Positions 30,325 through 42,812 of a DNA stretch of 64,000 nt are shown piece after piece; position 1 is the first letter of the stretch; every line of letters begins with the position of its first letter. The notes beneath the pieces are model-generated. The model made no database searches, was not told the origin of the DNA, and saw only the letters and a program-made list of their open reading frames with translations. The translations under genes and the position numbers were made by a program. Source of the stretch: Cyanophora paradoxa CCMP329 (lineage: Eukaryota > Plantae > Glaucophyta); NCBI GenBank assembly GCA_004431415.1, contig QPMI01000408.1, positions 124,001 to 188,000 on the forward strand, read 5' to 3'.

Positions 30325-31593
30325 TCACACTGTTAATGGTTTGGTAGGCACTTTATATTTCTCAGATAATGAAAGTGAATATATCATATCTCTATGATTC
30401 ATAGATGTCTTACTGAATATCGTTTGGTAGGCACTTTTTAATTGAAGTTAGGCACTTTTAATTGACGTTAGGCACTTTTAATTGACGTTAGGCACTTAGG
30501 CACCTTTTCTGGAAACTCTCTATAAAAAATAAAATCAACGTTTTGAAAAACACAAGTTGATGTATTTGGGACTTCTTTTTAATTCTCGATAAGGAAGTGC
30601 CTAACGCTCCTACGCTGCCTACCGCGATTAAAAAAAGTGCCTACTTCGATTAACCCGCTCCATTTCAGTAGCCCGTTTTATATCTAAATGATATCCGCCG
30701 ATCACGATAAAAAAGTGCCTAACCGTTTTCATCTCAGCGAAATCTCATCGATTGTTTAATTGGACATAATGCTGTAACCATCTCTTCCAACAAAATTACA
30801 TCGATTAATTCAATTGAGATTGATACACCTAAGATACAATGTTTTTACAGTAAAAAACAGAATCCAATCTTATCAATTGTTTAATTGGACATAATGCAAC
30901 TCTGGGGTCATTTTCGATACAGTAAAAAGCTTACCCGAATCTCATCGATTGTTTAATTGGACCTGATGCAGTAACCATCTCTTCCAACAAAATACGCCGC
31001 AATCTCAACGATTGTTTAATTGGACATAATGCAGTAACGAGTGAATTATTTTCATCCGATATTTCATCGATTGTTTAATTGGACATAATGCAGTAACCAT
31101 CTCTTCCAACAAAATATGCCGCAATCTCATCGATTGTTTAATTGGACATAATGCAACTCTGTGTGAATTTTTGCGTTTTACGATAGAATGGGCGGTGGAT
31201 TACTACAATCGTGATTATATCACAAATTTATGTTCCGTCAATCGAGATTATATCGAATTTGCATAAAATACATATTAATCGCGTTTATTGCGTTAAAATC
31301 ACACATAGAGAAACGCGGCGTTTAAACCGGAGGCAAGATCTAATTAAGATCCAGTTATATTATTCGGAAACTTATACAAATTCAAGATTGATTTAAGTAA
31401 GACAAATCGAAATTAAGATAAATTTACAATAGAACATCAATAAATTATCAATAAATTACACGAAATTCAAAATATTAAAGAATTCGATAGATTTCACACA
31501 GATTATCGATTGATTGATATAAATTATACGAGAGATATAAACAAGATCAATTAAGATAAGCCGAGGGTTTAAACGCCGCGTTTCTCTATGTGT
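30218..31593 (-). repeat. Right terminal inverted repeat (1,376 bp)
   Basis: Reverse complement of 3174-4549; ends ...TTTCTCTATGTGT. Confidence 0.96.
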
Positions 31594-31599
31594 CCCGCG
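31594..31599 (+). other. Right target-site duplication CCCGCG
   Basis: Matches 3168-3173. Confidence 0.93.
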
Positions 31600-33444
31600 T
31601 CGAGCGACGGGCGGACCTGGCGATAGACACCTTCGTACTGCTTCTGCAGGTCGAGGATTTCCGGGGAGGACCCGAGGCCGAAGTCGCGATCGGCGATGCT
31701 TGCGACCGTAAGGATGATGCCCATGAGCCGATTGAGTTCGTGAGGGCCCGTCATACTGAGCATCACCCGCGTGGGCAGGTCCAGGCCGCAGGCGGCGAGG
31801 ATCAAATTGTGGGCCTTGCTCACACCGCCGTCCTGCACGGGCAGGAGCTCGATCAAGCGGTTGTCCTTTGCGAAGGCCTGAGTGAAGAGCACGGCCAGGG
31901 CGCGCTGGAGCGCGACAGCGTTGTTCGCGAGGCTGGCGTACCAAGTCGCGCGCGTGCCGATAAGGGGCCCGAGGCCGCCGATTTCGCGGAGGAAGTTGCG
32001 GTCCTCGGCCCACGGCCCGAGCTCAAAGAGAGTGTCCTTGGGCAGGAACACATAGCGGCCTTTCTCGTGCGCGGCGACTGCCGTGGCGAGGCCCCAGCGC
32101 ACGCGCTCACTGGCAGAAGAGGCCACGGACTCGGCGCGCAGGGACGCAGAGCTCTCGGAGTCCGAGTCGTCCGAGAGAACCTTGCGGACCTCGGTCCGGA
32201 GCTCCTTATCAATTTTCTCGGACGCGCGCTCGTGGTCCGGGACCGTATATACGATCTTGCGGGCGGCAGCGTCGCTAGTGGACGGGCCCAGACGGTCCAG
32301 GAGGCCTTTGGCGTTCATTTCCTCCGTCATGAAGGCGGCCAGGGCCTGGGTGTACAGCCCGGGCGAGTGCTGGGCGGCACGGCCGATGTTGTCGCCCTCA
32401 GGGAGAGCGTCGGCTTCTTTTTCGCTCAGGACGTATGCGTCCGAGCTGGAGATGGGGGAGATAACCGAGGCCGCGTCGCTCTCGGGGCTGGCGGCGTCGA
32501 GGGCGCGCTCAAACTCGGCCTCGCGCGCAGCCGCAATAACCGGCGTCTCCTCCTCATCATTTTCGCGGTCAAACGCGGCCTGCGTAGCGCGCGCGACCTC
32601 CTCGTCCTCCGCCGTCGGCTGGCGGAGGCCGGCGAGCGCGTCGTCCTCGAGCGCGTCCACGAATGTGAGCTCGGAGCTCTCGGAGACGGGCATCACGCGA
32701 AGCGAGCGAATCGCAGTGCCGGACGAGCCGGACTTGGGGTTGCCGCCCGCGGGCTTCTGAGCGCCCTGGGGCTGAGCGGGGGCTGCCGGAGCCGGAGCGC
32801 GTGACTCGAGGTCGGCGATGCGCTGGAGCGCATGCGCAAGGCGCTCTTCACCGGCGTCGGTCCTTTCGGGCTGAGCCGAGCGAGACTCGTGCTGCTGCTG
32901 GCAGTCGCTGGCGTAGTGCCCGGCCCCGCCGCAGCGATTGCAGATGGTGTTGGGCCCGGCCTGGCGCCAGCCGCCGCCACCACGGTTGCCGCCAGGGCCC
33001 CCACCGCGGGGCGGGCCGCCGTACCCCTGGCCCTGGCCACCGCCGTACCCCTGGCGCTGGCCTTGGCCCTGGCCCTGGCCGGGACCGCCGCGGTGACCAC
33101 CAGAGCCGCCGCGGGGCTGGCCGTAGCCGCCACGGCCCTGGTTGTAGCCGCCGCGGTTCTGCTCAAAGCCACTGCGCGCAGCGTACCCCCCGCGGGGCGC
33201 GAAGCCGCCGCGGTTCTGATTGAACCCGTCGCGCTGCGCGCTGCCGGACTGATCGTCACGGGCGCGCTTCCGCTCTGCCGGCGTCTCGGTCTGCTGGTGC
33301 AGCCAGTCGCGGTAGGGGATGCCGGGGAAGGGGGGAGGGGATTCCACCCAACGGCACTCCCATTTGAAGTGCATTTTCTCGTCAAGCGAGAGGTGCTTGA
33401 GATACTTGCAGCACGGGCAGGGGAGCTGACTCGTCGCGGGGTAC
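31594..33444 (-). pseudogene. Middle fragment of the Gag-like ORF with RGG-rich tract and CCHC zinc knuckle
   Basis: CNRCGGAGHYASDC (CX2CX4HX4C) and G/R/Q-rich region; cut by the PLV and the SINE. Confidence 0.82.
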
Positions 33445-33461
33445 CCGAGGCGATCCGAGTC

Positions 33462-33931
33462 GGGGGAGGCATAGTCGAGCGGTTAAGGTGTCGGCCTTAC
33501 CGCTCAGAGGACCCCGGTTCGAATCCGGACCGGAACAACCGAACCCGCTTCAAATCCCGGAGAAACCCCGACCTCGGGACCCGTGAGGGGTACCGAGCTC
33601 CTGGTCCCAACACGGCCAAGCGCAAGAACCATCAAGCAAGCAACTAGGACCGTGCAACTGGGTGACATCATGCCGAAGGCTCTGCAATGTGGGCGCGTGC
33701 ATGGGTCATGTGGAACTGAGGTCAACAAGCCCGGGTACACCACCTGAACATCAAGAGCGGAATACGGCGCGGAAGGAGGATCCGTAGTATGTGCGGAGGA
33801 CGAGTTAGAATCACAGATAGGACATCCTCGGCCTCTCAGTTCACAGTTGTAGAGTGGTACGGTGCCGAGGTAGGAGCCGGACGGGTACCGTGTGTAAGAA
33901 TGCGAGACACACCAAACTTCAAAAAAAAAAA
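33462..33931 (+). mobile_element. tRNA-derived SINE (470 bp)
   Basis: A-box TAGTCGAGCGG, B-box GGTTCGAATCC, A11 tail at 33921-33931, 17-bp TSD CCGAGGCGATCCGAGTC at 33445-33461 and 33932-33948. Confidence 0.9.
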
Positions 33932-35100
33932 CCGAGGCGATCCGAGTCAGGGTGGCGGTTGGGCGCCTGGGGCTGCGTCACGGGGGCGCCGGCGGGCGCC
34001 TTGGTCCCGTGAGCGGGCTGCACGGTTTTGACCGGGACTGCGGCCGGTGCGGGGTCATCGCCATCGCTGCCGGGCTCGTCGCCGCCGTCAGGCACCGGCT
34101 TAAGAGCCTTGACAGGCACCGCGCCCCGGGAGCGCTTCGGCTCCGGCTCAGCCGCGGCGCGCGGATCGGACTGGAGGCGGACAGTGCGCCGGCCGTGGAG
34201 GTCGCACTGCGCCTCGAAGATCTTCTCAACGCGCAGGGCAGTGAGCGTGGCCCCGTAACGTGCGTACTCCTCGCGGAGCACCCGCAGAATGTTCGTCATG
34301 GTGTTTTCGTTCTGGCGCGCGCAGAGCGCCGCGCGAACGTCGTAATTGTCATACTGCGGGTCGAGCCCGGTTTGGCGGCGAGAGAGCGCATTCCCAATCA
34401 CGGTAATCAGGTGCGCTGAATAGGATGTCCCCGACGGGCACGTGTGGCGCACGTGCGGAGCGATCCAGTTCACCCACGTCAGCGGGTCCTCGCCGGTATA
34501 GGCGGCATTGATCGCGGCCTCGGCGACGTGGGGCAAGCCCTTAGTCACGCGCGAAATGATGTACTTCTCAACGCCTGGAGCGCGCTGGAAGGTATCGCGG
34601 CCCTCAGCGATCTCAGCGTCGAGGCGCGCGATCGTGGCCTCGAGCTGGAGAATTTCCATCTCAGTCTCGGGGAGCCGGGCCTCAGCGGGCAGTGCGTCCA
34701 GCACGGCGAGACGCGCGCGCTGAGCGGCAAGGGAAGCCTTGGTGTCGTTCAGCTGGTCACGCATGCGCTGCAGCTGAGAGCGCAGCGAGCCCTTGCAGAG
34801 CTGCGAGACCATGAAGCCGCCAAGCGCTTCGACCTTCGTCCAGTTGTCACCCTCAGGCTCGTACGCATACTTATGCGCCTGAGTGGAGACGAAAGTGCTA
34901 ATCTGCTGGCGCCACTCGTCGACGTCGTCGATAGTGGGGTTTGCAGACAGCGGGGTGATGGAGGGCAAGCCCTTCGCATCAACGGCGGGCGCCGCAGCAG
35001 TCATTTGCTGGACGGGCACCCCGCTAGTGGGCGCAGACGAGTTGAGTGCAATCATGCGATCGCGCTCGCTCGCCGGGAGTTCAACTGGAAGCCGCGACAT
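33932..35100 (-). pseudogene. N-terminal fragment of the Gag-like ORF
   Basis: Removing the SINE joins HPDSDRLG to YPATSQLPCPCCKYLKHLSLDEKMHFKWEC in frame. Confidence 0.8.
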
Positions 35101-35680
35101 GGCAGGCTCTCACAGTGACAAGTACAAGACAGATCGAATTTGAGCACGAAGCTCTTTGAGGCCGAGTCGCCGCGTAAAACGCGGGATTTCGACGGCACAG
35201 GCGACGATATGCTGCTTACGCAACACACCGGGGCTCGATCCAGGCTCGCAGGCCAGGGATCGGCGATTGCCATACTGGCCCCACCCCCCTTGAAGTAGGG
35301 GTCAAATGAATTTTCGGATCCGCACTAACCCCTCCTAAGGCATCAAGGGGGGCCCCCCGAACCGCAGATATTTTTAGTGCGGTATACGGAGCTCCCTCGG
35401 GAGGCCTCGATCGCGACCGCCGGGGCCCCCATCGCCATACAGAGGGGAAAGGTGGGGGCGGCGGGCCGAGGATGCAGCATTCGAACGCTACGCCCCAAGC
35501 TGCGCTCATAGCTCGCCCGCCGCCCGCCTCGGACGCGCCCCGGGCCCGGGATCAAATTCGAAAGGTTCGAGGGAGAGGGCCGGGAAAGGCGGAAGGAGGA
35601 GGCTACGGCTAGCGAAACGGGCCGGGAATCGAGCATAAAGAGGTCCGGGGAGGACGGCGGCGCCGAGGGCCGCCCGCGAG

Positions 35681-38600
35681 ATGTTCTCCGCGGTGACCGA
35701 CGCGTTTGAGCGGGCCGAGTTCCAGGGACCCTACGGATGGACGAGCCTCGTCGTCCTGAGGACGGACGCCGGTCCGTGCGTCTGCGTCCCCGAGCTCAGG
35801 CGCCTCGTCGCGTTCACCGGGAGCGACGCGCACCTGGGCGAGACGTTCGGCGTGCCGACGCGGCCACTGCGCGATGAGAACTCGATCCTCCTGCTCGAGA
35901 CGCTAGGCGCCCTCCCGAGGAGGCACTACGACGCCCAGGAGCGGCCGCCACACGTCCTGCCCCTGCGCTACCTCGAGACGGTGGTCGGCAACTCGTGGGA
36001 GCGATCGCAGGACGCGCGCATGCACCGGGCCGCGGCGGAGCTCTACGCCGCGCTCGAGAAAAGGACGCAGGGGACCCTCCAGCGCCTCGAGATGCAGGTG
36101 ATCCGGGCCGCCGGCGACCGGTTCCTCGCCGTCCGCGCGCGGCGCATCGAGACGCCGGAGCTCCAGTGGTGGATCCCGCTCGCGAGTCTTGCCCAGGCGG
36201 CGTACGGCGACTCCAGGAGCACGAACTGCGTGCGCCAGGAGATCGTCAGGAAGCATCCCGACCTCGCCGTCGGCGGGCCGCACCGGTTCGAGGCGAACAC
36301 GCGGTCGGTGGGGCGGGAGCGGCTCGCCCTCCTCACCCGCACCCTCGTCCACTTCGGCGGGCTCGGCGCCGACGTGGCGACGTACGGATCTGCGCGCCGG
36401 TGGGCGTTCATCAGCACGCTGGGGTGCGAAAAGGTGCTGGCGGCGCTTCCGGACCGGGCCCCCGGGCTCGTCGCCGAGTTTAAGCGGGCCCGGCTCGTGC
36501 TCGAGGGAGCGGACCCGGCGACGCTCGACGCCGCCCCGTCGCTGCCGCTCACCCCGGCCCGCCGCGTCTCCATCTTCGGGCGCAGGACCTGGTTGAAGGT
36601 GAGCGGGGGCGTCGGACGGGGGCGGGCCGGCGCGCGCCCTCACCTCGCGCCGTGCCAGGACGCCGAGATCGCCAACGTGCTAACGCTCCTCCTCCTCCGG
36701 GCGCACGCGGGGGACCGCGTCAAGGCGCTCTACCCCATGCACGTCGAGATCCTCGCCTCGCTCCTCCGGCGGCACGCGCGCTCCGACGAGGCGCGGCGCG
36801 GGCGGAGGGTCCTGGGCGCCGCCGAGCGCGGGGCCTGCGTCCTCTGCCCCGTCAGCGTCGGCAACCTGCGGCGCGGGGCCGAGCGCACCAGAGGGTGGGC
36901 CACGGGGGGCCACTGGACGCTGCTCGCCGTCGACGGGAGCGCGAGGCGCGTGCAATACTGGGACTCGCTCGGCGAGGTCCCGGCCCCGCACCTCCAGCAC
37001 GCTGCGATGGCCGCGTTTCCCCGCTACCCGTTCGTGGTCGAGACGGCAGGACGCCTGCAAGGGGATGGGTATCAGTGTATGCGCTCCCCGCCCCGGCCCC
37101 GCCCCCGCCCCCGCCCCCGCCCCCGCCCCGCCCCCGCCCCGCCCCCGCCCCCTTTCTCACCTCGGGCGGCGCCGGGCAGGCGGGGCGTGGACGCTGTGGT
37201 TTGCAGAGGCAAAGACGCATGAGGTTATCACCGGGTTCCCCTGGAGCGACGAGATCGACTCGGGCTCCCTCTCGTACGTGTACCCTGGCGAGCCGATCTC
37301 GTCGGCGATCGCGGCGGAGAACGGGCGGTTCATCGCGGAGAAGCGCGAGGCGTACCGGACGATGCTGGAGAGCGGCGTCGTCGACCAGGCCGTCACGCTC
37401 TTCGATGAGGACGAGCTGCCGGACGCCGAGCGCGTCGTTCTCCCGCCCATCCCCCAGCGGCCGGCGGCCAGCAGGGCGGGGAGCAAGCCGACGGCGTCGG
37501 CGCACGCCGCGCCGAGCCCGTCGCCGACTGTCGTCTCCTCTTCGTCCTCGCGCTCCTCGGAAGAGGCCGAAGGGGTCGGAGCCGGCGGAGACGACGGCGA
37601 AGGGGCAGAGCTCAAGCTCGAGGAGGACGCGGGAGAGGGCGACGATGGGCCCGAGCCCGAGCCCGAGCGCCTCGCGCCCTACGCCCTGCGCGAGTCGGAC
37701 ATGTCACGGGATCTGAGGAACCAGCTCGCGGCGTTTCAGACGTGGCGCACCTCGGCCCTGAACCCGGACCGCCAGGGCGGGGCCGCCGAGCGCTCGACGG
37801 TCCTCGTCAACGACGTCGGCACGATCTGCAGGCTGCTCGGTTACGTGCGGGAGCGGGAGCGGATTGGGCCGCTCACCATGGACCTCTTCGCGCGCGCCGA
37901 TTTCGTCGAGATCTACCTCCGCTTCCTCGACTACCTCCGCACCGAGCGGAGGCTCGCGGCCGGCACCCTCGCCGGCTACACGCAGAGCGTGATGCAGGCC
38001 TACGCGTTCGTCCGCTCGCGCACGGCCGGCGCCGAGGCGGGGGCCGAAGGGCCCCACACGCGCCCGCTCCGGAACCTGAAGACGCAGCTCGAAAAGGAGA
38101 AGAAGCAGCAGCGCGGGTGGAGGAAGCGCGGACCGAACTGGGTCTCGCTGGAGGCGGTCCTCTCGGCGCGGCGCGACGCCCTCGGAGCATACGAGGCGGC
38201 GGCCCTCGAGCGGGACAAGGCCCTCGCCCTCCGCGAGGCCGTCCTCATCGGCTTCCTGAGCATCACGCCGGCCCGCGTCGGCGTGGTGCGGCGCCTGCAG
38301 ATCGGTCAGACGCTGCGGCGCGACGGCGGCGCGTGGGCGATCTCGCTCACCGAGATGCGGCACGGGGAGACGGGCGAGCTGGTGTCGAAGACGGCCAAGT
38401 CGCACGGCGCGATCGTCGTCCCCATCGCCGCGCCGCTCCAGGGGCCGCTCGACGCCTACGTGGAGCGCTACCGCGGCCTCCTCCTCCCCGCCGGGCGCGC
38501 CGACGAGGGCTGGCTCTTCGCCTCGAGCAACGGCACCTGCCTCTCGGAGAGCGGCTGGGCCGTCTTCGTGCGCAGGGTGATGGTCAAGTACGTGGGCGTC

Positions 38601-39934
38601 CCGATCACTGCGAAGACGATGCGGGCGATCATCACGACGCACGTGCGGGAGCAGGCGGCCGCGAACCTCATCGAGGGGGACACGGCGGCGGCCGTCGTCG
38701 AGGGCGTCGCCCGCCTCCTCGCCCACACGCCCCAGACGGCGACCCTGCACTACGATTACGGGGCGCGCCAGCGCTCGGCGGCGAGCGCCGTGGCCTACCT
38801 CGAGCGCCTCGCCCTCCAGCACGAGGCCCGCGCGGCGGCGCCGCCCCCGGAGGGGCCCGCGGAGCTCCCGGCGCCGCCCTCGCCCGAGCCGGCCCCGCCG
38901 TCGGCCCCCGCGGCGGCCGCGTCGGCCGCGGCCTCTGCCTCCGCCTCGTCGTCCTCCTCGTCGAGGGCCCCGGCAGAGGGCCCGGCGTCCTCGCCACCCG
39001 CCGCCGGGCGGCCGGCGGCGAGGGCCGGAGGGAGCGGGACGTCGAGCGGGACGTCGAGGGGGACGTCGACGGCGAGCGGGACGGGATCCGCCCGGACGAG
39101 CGCCGCGTCGGACGAGGAGAGAGGGGCGAGCGAATCGTCGGCCGAGCGGCCGCGCAAGCCAAAGCGGTACCCGTGGCAGCGGCGGCGGCTCGACCCGGGG
39201 GACCAGATGGAGCTCGACCTCGCCCGGGGCGAGGGCCGCTACTGCGAGGCCTGCGAGCGGGTGAGCCCTCGGCCCCGCCCGGCCCCGCCGCACGCCTCAC
39301 CCACTCGTAGATCTTCCAGACCATCGGCGGAGCGCGCCAGCACGCCCGGGGATGCTCCGGCCGCGGGGGCCGGACGCGCGCCCGGCGCGGAGGAGGCGGC
39401 GGACGCGGGGGCCGCAAGGGGCACGGCGAGGCCTCGGCATCGGCCCCGGCCCTCCCGCTCCCCGCCGTGCCCGTCGCGCAGCCCGCCGGGCCCCCGCCGC
39501 CCCTCCATCACCTGGTCTGGGTCAGCGCGAGCCCGTTCCCCCCGGGCACGGCGGCGGCCGCCATCGCGACGCACTCGGCGGACCCGCTCCCGCGGACCGT
39601 CTTCTGTCGCCTCGTCGGCAACGTGCGCCTCCCGAGCGGCGAGTTCGAGTCACGCTGGGTCGTCTTGAAGCGGTACGGGAGCTTCTGGACGCCAAGTCAG
39701 GAGGGGAGCGCACGCGACTGGAGGGGCGTGCGGGCGCTCACTCCCGTCGACTACGACGCGAGGAACGGGAGCGTGGACATCAAGACGCCGGCCGCCCGCA
39801 TCTCCGACCTCCTCGGCCTGGGAGGAGGCGCCTCGGCCCCCTCGCCGCCCGCCCCGCGCTCCGGCGCCGGCGTTCGCGGCGAGGGAAGCGCGTTTCGCCC
39901 GCGGGGCCGACCCCGAAAGCGCCCGGATACCTGA
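35681..39934 (+). CDS. Spliced Ulp1-like cysteine protease / tyrosine recombinase / C2HC zinc finger fusion; join(35681..36598,36659..37076,37180..39260,39311..39934), about 1346 aa
   Basis: GT-AG introns containing CTCAC restore WLK|DAEI, HWTLL..YWDS..QGDGYQ|CG and CEACER|IFQTIGGARQHARGC. Recombinase motifs TPARVG, KTAKSHG, KTMR, LAHTPQTATLHY. Confidence 0.82.
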
Positions 39935-41728
39935 TGAAGGGGTCGGATCCGGACCCAGCGCTTCAAACTTGAGAATACGGACGGCGAGATGCGCACCATC
40001 GGATTCGCCGTGCTCGAGAGGGGCGGGGGGAAAAACAACGGGGTCCTGAGGCCAAGGTCGGCGGCGGAGGGCGTGGGGGGGGTACACTATCTCAACCCGC
40101 CCCGCCACGGCGTGCCGCACCTCGCTGAAACGGGGATGACACGAGGAATCCGACGGTGCGGTCGGCGGGGGCCCGCGGCGCCGGCGTGGAGGGGTGGACC
40201 GGAAAACCTGGGCCGGCGGGGCGTCGACGGCGGGGTGGGCGGCCGTGGGGGCGGCGGGGCGGGCTTAAAGCGCACCGGAAGACGCCCGCTGAGCAGCAGA
40301 GTGGCTCGAACGCGCGCGGGGCGGCCGCATGGATCCGGCTCGACCTCCGCGCCTCCCGGAGCCGACGAACCGCGCGCCGGAGGACGCCCTGCGCCCGCTG
40401 CCGCGCACCGCCGCCCCCGCCGACGCCGAACCTGCTCTTAAGCGTCAGAAGCGAGAGCGCCGCGGCGACGGTGAGGTGCGCACCAGCAGGTCCGCCACAG
40501 CCGCTGGCCGGGCCGCGGTCGCGGCGCGCCGGCGGGGCCGAGGCGGCGACGCTGGCACGCACCGTCGCTCCTCCACCCCGTACGCTGAACGTGGCTAGAG
40601 CGATCGTCTCGCGGAAGCGTACGCAAAGCGATGCGGCGGCGGGGTGCATGCGGCTAGTCGGAGAGGCGAGCGGCTGGGGTGGCGTGGGACCGTTTCACGG
40701 CCTGCGCGGCATCGGCGATGCGTTTGCAGGCGTGGGGCGGGGCGGCGGCGCGCTTGGACGCCGGTCGGGCGCTGGCGCACCGTGACCGTGGGAGCCGGCA
40801 AAGCAACTTGCGTGCGTCAACGAGCCGTATCGTATTGATCGCTAGATCGTTTCCTCGAGTCAAGGGCGTGGCCGCTGCATGATCGAAATGGCGGAAAGCT
40901 CGCGGTGCCCTCCGACGCGGGCGCGGTGGACTCGGCGGGTGGGGAGGGTCTAGCGTGTTCCCGCGAGGTCTTCTGCATCGTGCGAGTGCGCGGAGCCGCC
41001 GGAGCGCCGAGACGGGGTACGGAGGGTGCGGCGCTCCTTCGGTACCCCCAATTGCAACCGGGCCCGTGTTACGGGGCAGCGGCCGAGCCTTAGAAGCCGC
41101 GCGCGCGTAGTTTGCTTCCGATCGAGCACTAACACCATCTTTGGCGCCCCGAGCTCCACGTTCAGCTTCGCTCTCGCTCGGCTCCGCGCCGGCGACCCGC
41201 TTGAGGCCTCAAGTAGCGAACCGCTCGCCATCGTAGAGAACGTAGACCTCTTCGCGACGCGGCAATCGGATCTAGAGCTCCGGCGCGCTCTCCCACTCGG
41301 CGAGCTCGTGTACCGTGCCGTGTCGGGCGACGTCGGCGCTTGAAGCTGCGCATAGCATAGCAGGGTTGTTCTCTCGACTCGCCTGCGCGGTGGAAGGCTC
41401 TGGCGGCGCCGCCCTCGCGCGACAGGTCCTTCCAGGTGATGCGCCCGACCGCCCCGGCCTAGGCCTTTAACTTAGTCCGCGTCACCGCTCGCAGAAGGAT
41501 GAGCGCCGTCGAGCACGCATACCGCGGAAGCCGCCCGCTGCGCTCTACGCTCGGCCGCGGGCGGAGCTGGGTGTCAGCGTCGGGGCGGGCCCGTCGGGCT
41601 CTAGCTCCGTCTTCGACGCATCTGCGGGGATGATCCTTGGGTGCGTCTGCGCGCGAGTGCACGCGTGAACATCGAGCCGTGGTGCGCAGGCGGGGCGCCG
41701 CCCGGCACACGTAATCTTCTAGGTCGCC

Positions 41729-42012
41729 CCGTCTGGAGGCGCCGGAGCCAAATGACCCGAGCTCGCGCACAGCTGCTCGAACTCCTCTGGTCCGCTGGGG
41801 CGCCCCGTCAGGAGGCGCGGCGACCAATTGACCCGAGCTCGCCCGCAGCTGCTCGAACTCCTCCGGTCCGTCGGGGCGCCCCGTCTGGAGGTGCCGGAGC
41901 CAAATGGCCCGAGCTGGCGCACAGCTGCTCAAACTCCTCCGGTCCGCCGGGGCGCCCCCTCTAGAGGCGCGGCGGCCAATTGACCCGAGCTCGCCCGCAG
42001 CTGCTCGAACTC
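41729..42012 (+). repeat. ~76-bp tandem repeat (about 4 diverged copies), family A
   Basis: ..GAGGCGC..CCAAATGACCCGAGCTCGC..CAGCTGCTCGAACTCC..; related to 53500-53870. Confidence 0.85.
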
Positions 42013-42121
42013 CATGGGCTCGCCGCATTTACAGAAATTGTTACTGGTTTTTTAGAGTCCATATGACCTTAATACGACGAATCTAGCCGCTGAACGTCGT
42101 ACTACGGTAGTCCCAGAACCC

Positions 42122-42653
42122 GACGCGGGCTGAGGACGAGACGGGGCTAGGTGGCCGGGCCCGCCCCAGAGGTCGGACGCGGGCTGAGGACGAGACGGGG
42201 CTAGGTGGCCGGGCCCGCCCCAGAGGTCGGACGCGGGCTGAGGACGAGACGGGGCTAGGTGGCCGGGCCCGCCCCAGAGGTCGGACGCGGGCTGAGGACG
42301 AGACGGGGCTAGGTGGCCGGGCCCGCCCCAGAGGTCGGACGCGGGCTGAGGACGAGACGGGGCTAGGTGGCCGGGCCCGCCCCAGAGGTCGGACGCGGGC
42401 TGAGGACGAGACGGGGCTAGGTGGCCGGGCCCGCCCCAGAGGTCGGACGCGGGCTGAGGACGAGACGGGGCTAGGTGGCCGGGCCCGCCCCAGAGGTCGG
42501 ACGCGGGCTGAGGACGAGACGGGGCTAGGTGGCCGGGCCCGCCCCAGAGGTCGGACGCGGGCGGAGGACGAGACGGGGCTAGGTGGCCGGGCCCGCCCCA
42601 GAGGTCGGACGCGGGCGGAGGACGAGACGGGGCTAGGTGGCCGGGCCCGCCCC
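42122..42653 (+). repeat. 54-bp minisatellite (about 10 copies), family B
   Basis: GACGCGGGCTGAGGACGAGACGGGGCTAGGTGGCCGGGCCCGCCCCAGAGGTCG. Confidence 0.95.
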
Positions 42654-42812
42654 CCAGCCTCTCTCTCCTATGGCAAATTCCGTTCAACCGTTCAGCTCGA
42701 TGAGAATATCAAATTAAATGCGGCATCACAGCCTCTAATTCGTTCTGCATTAATAGCCCCTCGCCGACGCTCCCATCCAATGCAGGGCCCGCCCGGCGGC
42801 CCCAGGAGCCGC

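Larger units (their letters stand above)
3174..31593. mobile_element. Integrated Polinton-like virus / Maverick-type provirus, 28,420 bp
   Basis: 1,376-bp TIRs, CCCGCG TSD at 3168-3173 and 31594-31599, AT-rich versus GC-rich flanks, and capsid, ATPase, pPolB and rve integrase genes. Confidence 0.96.

Noticed and set aside
33462-33540. Functional tRNA gene
   Set aside because: Acceptor stem does not pair properly, and it heads a poly(A)-tailed, TSD-flanked SINE.
35320-35382. Inverted repeat CCGCACTAA..TTAGTGCGG between the Gag-like and recombinase genes
   Set aside because: Only a 9-bp stem with no partner elsewhere in the window; insufficient to call a terminus or attachment site.
35681-37222. 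Ulp1-like protease as the missing PLV maturation protease
   Set aside because: Outside the TIRs, GC-rich, intron-containing and fused to a recombinase.
31594-39934. Gag plus tyrosine recombinase as one DIRS/Ngaro retrotransposon
   Set aside because: Genes are divergent, the recombinase gene has introns, and no RT/RNase H or split repeats are visible; cannot be supported from this window.
39990-41700. Many short overlapping ORFs
   Set aside because: No recognisable motif or consistent exon chain; left unannotated.
42052-42687. Repeat-protein ORFs here, at 53855..54707 and in 60459..63696
   Set aside because: Open frames arise from stop-poor GC-rich tandem units (54 and 63 bp are multiples of three) and often occur on both strands.
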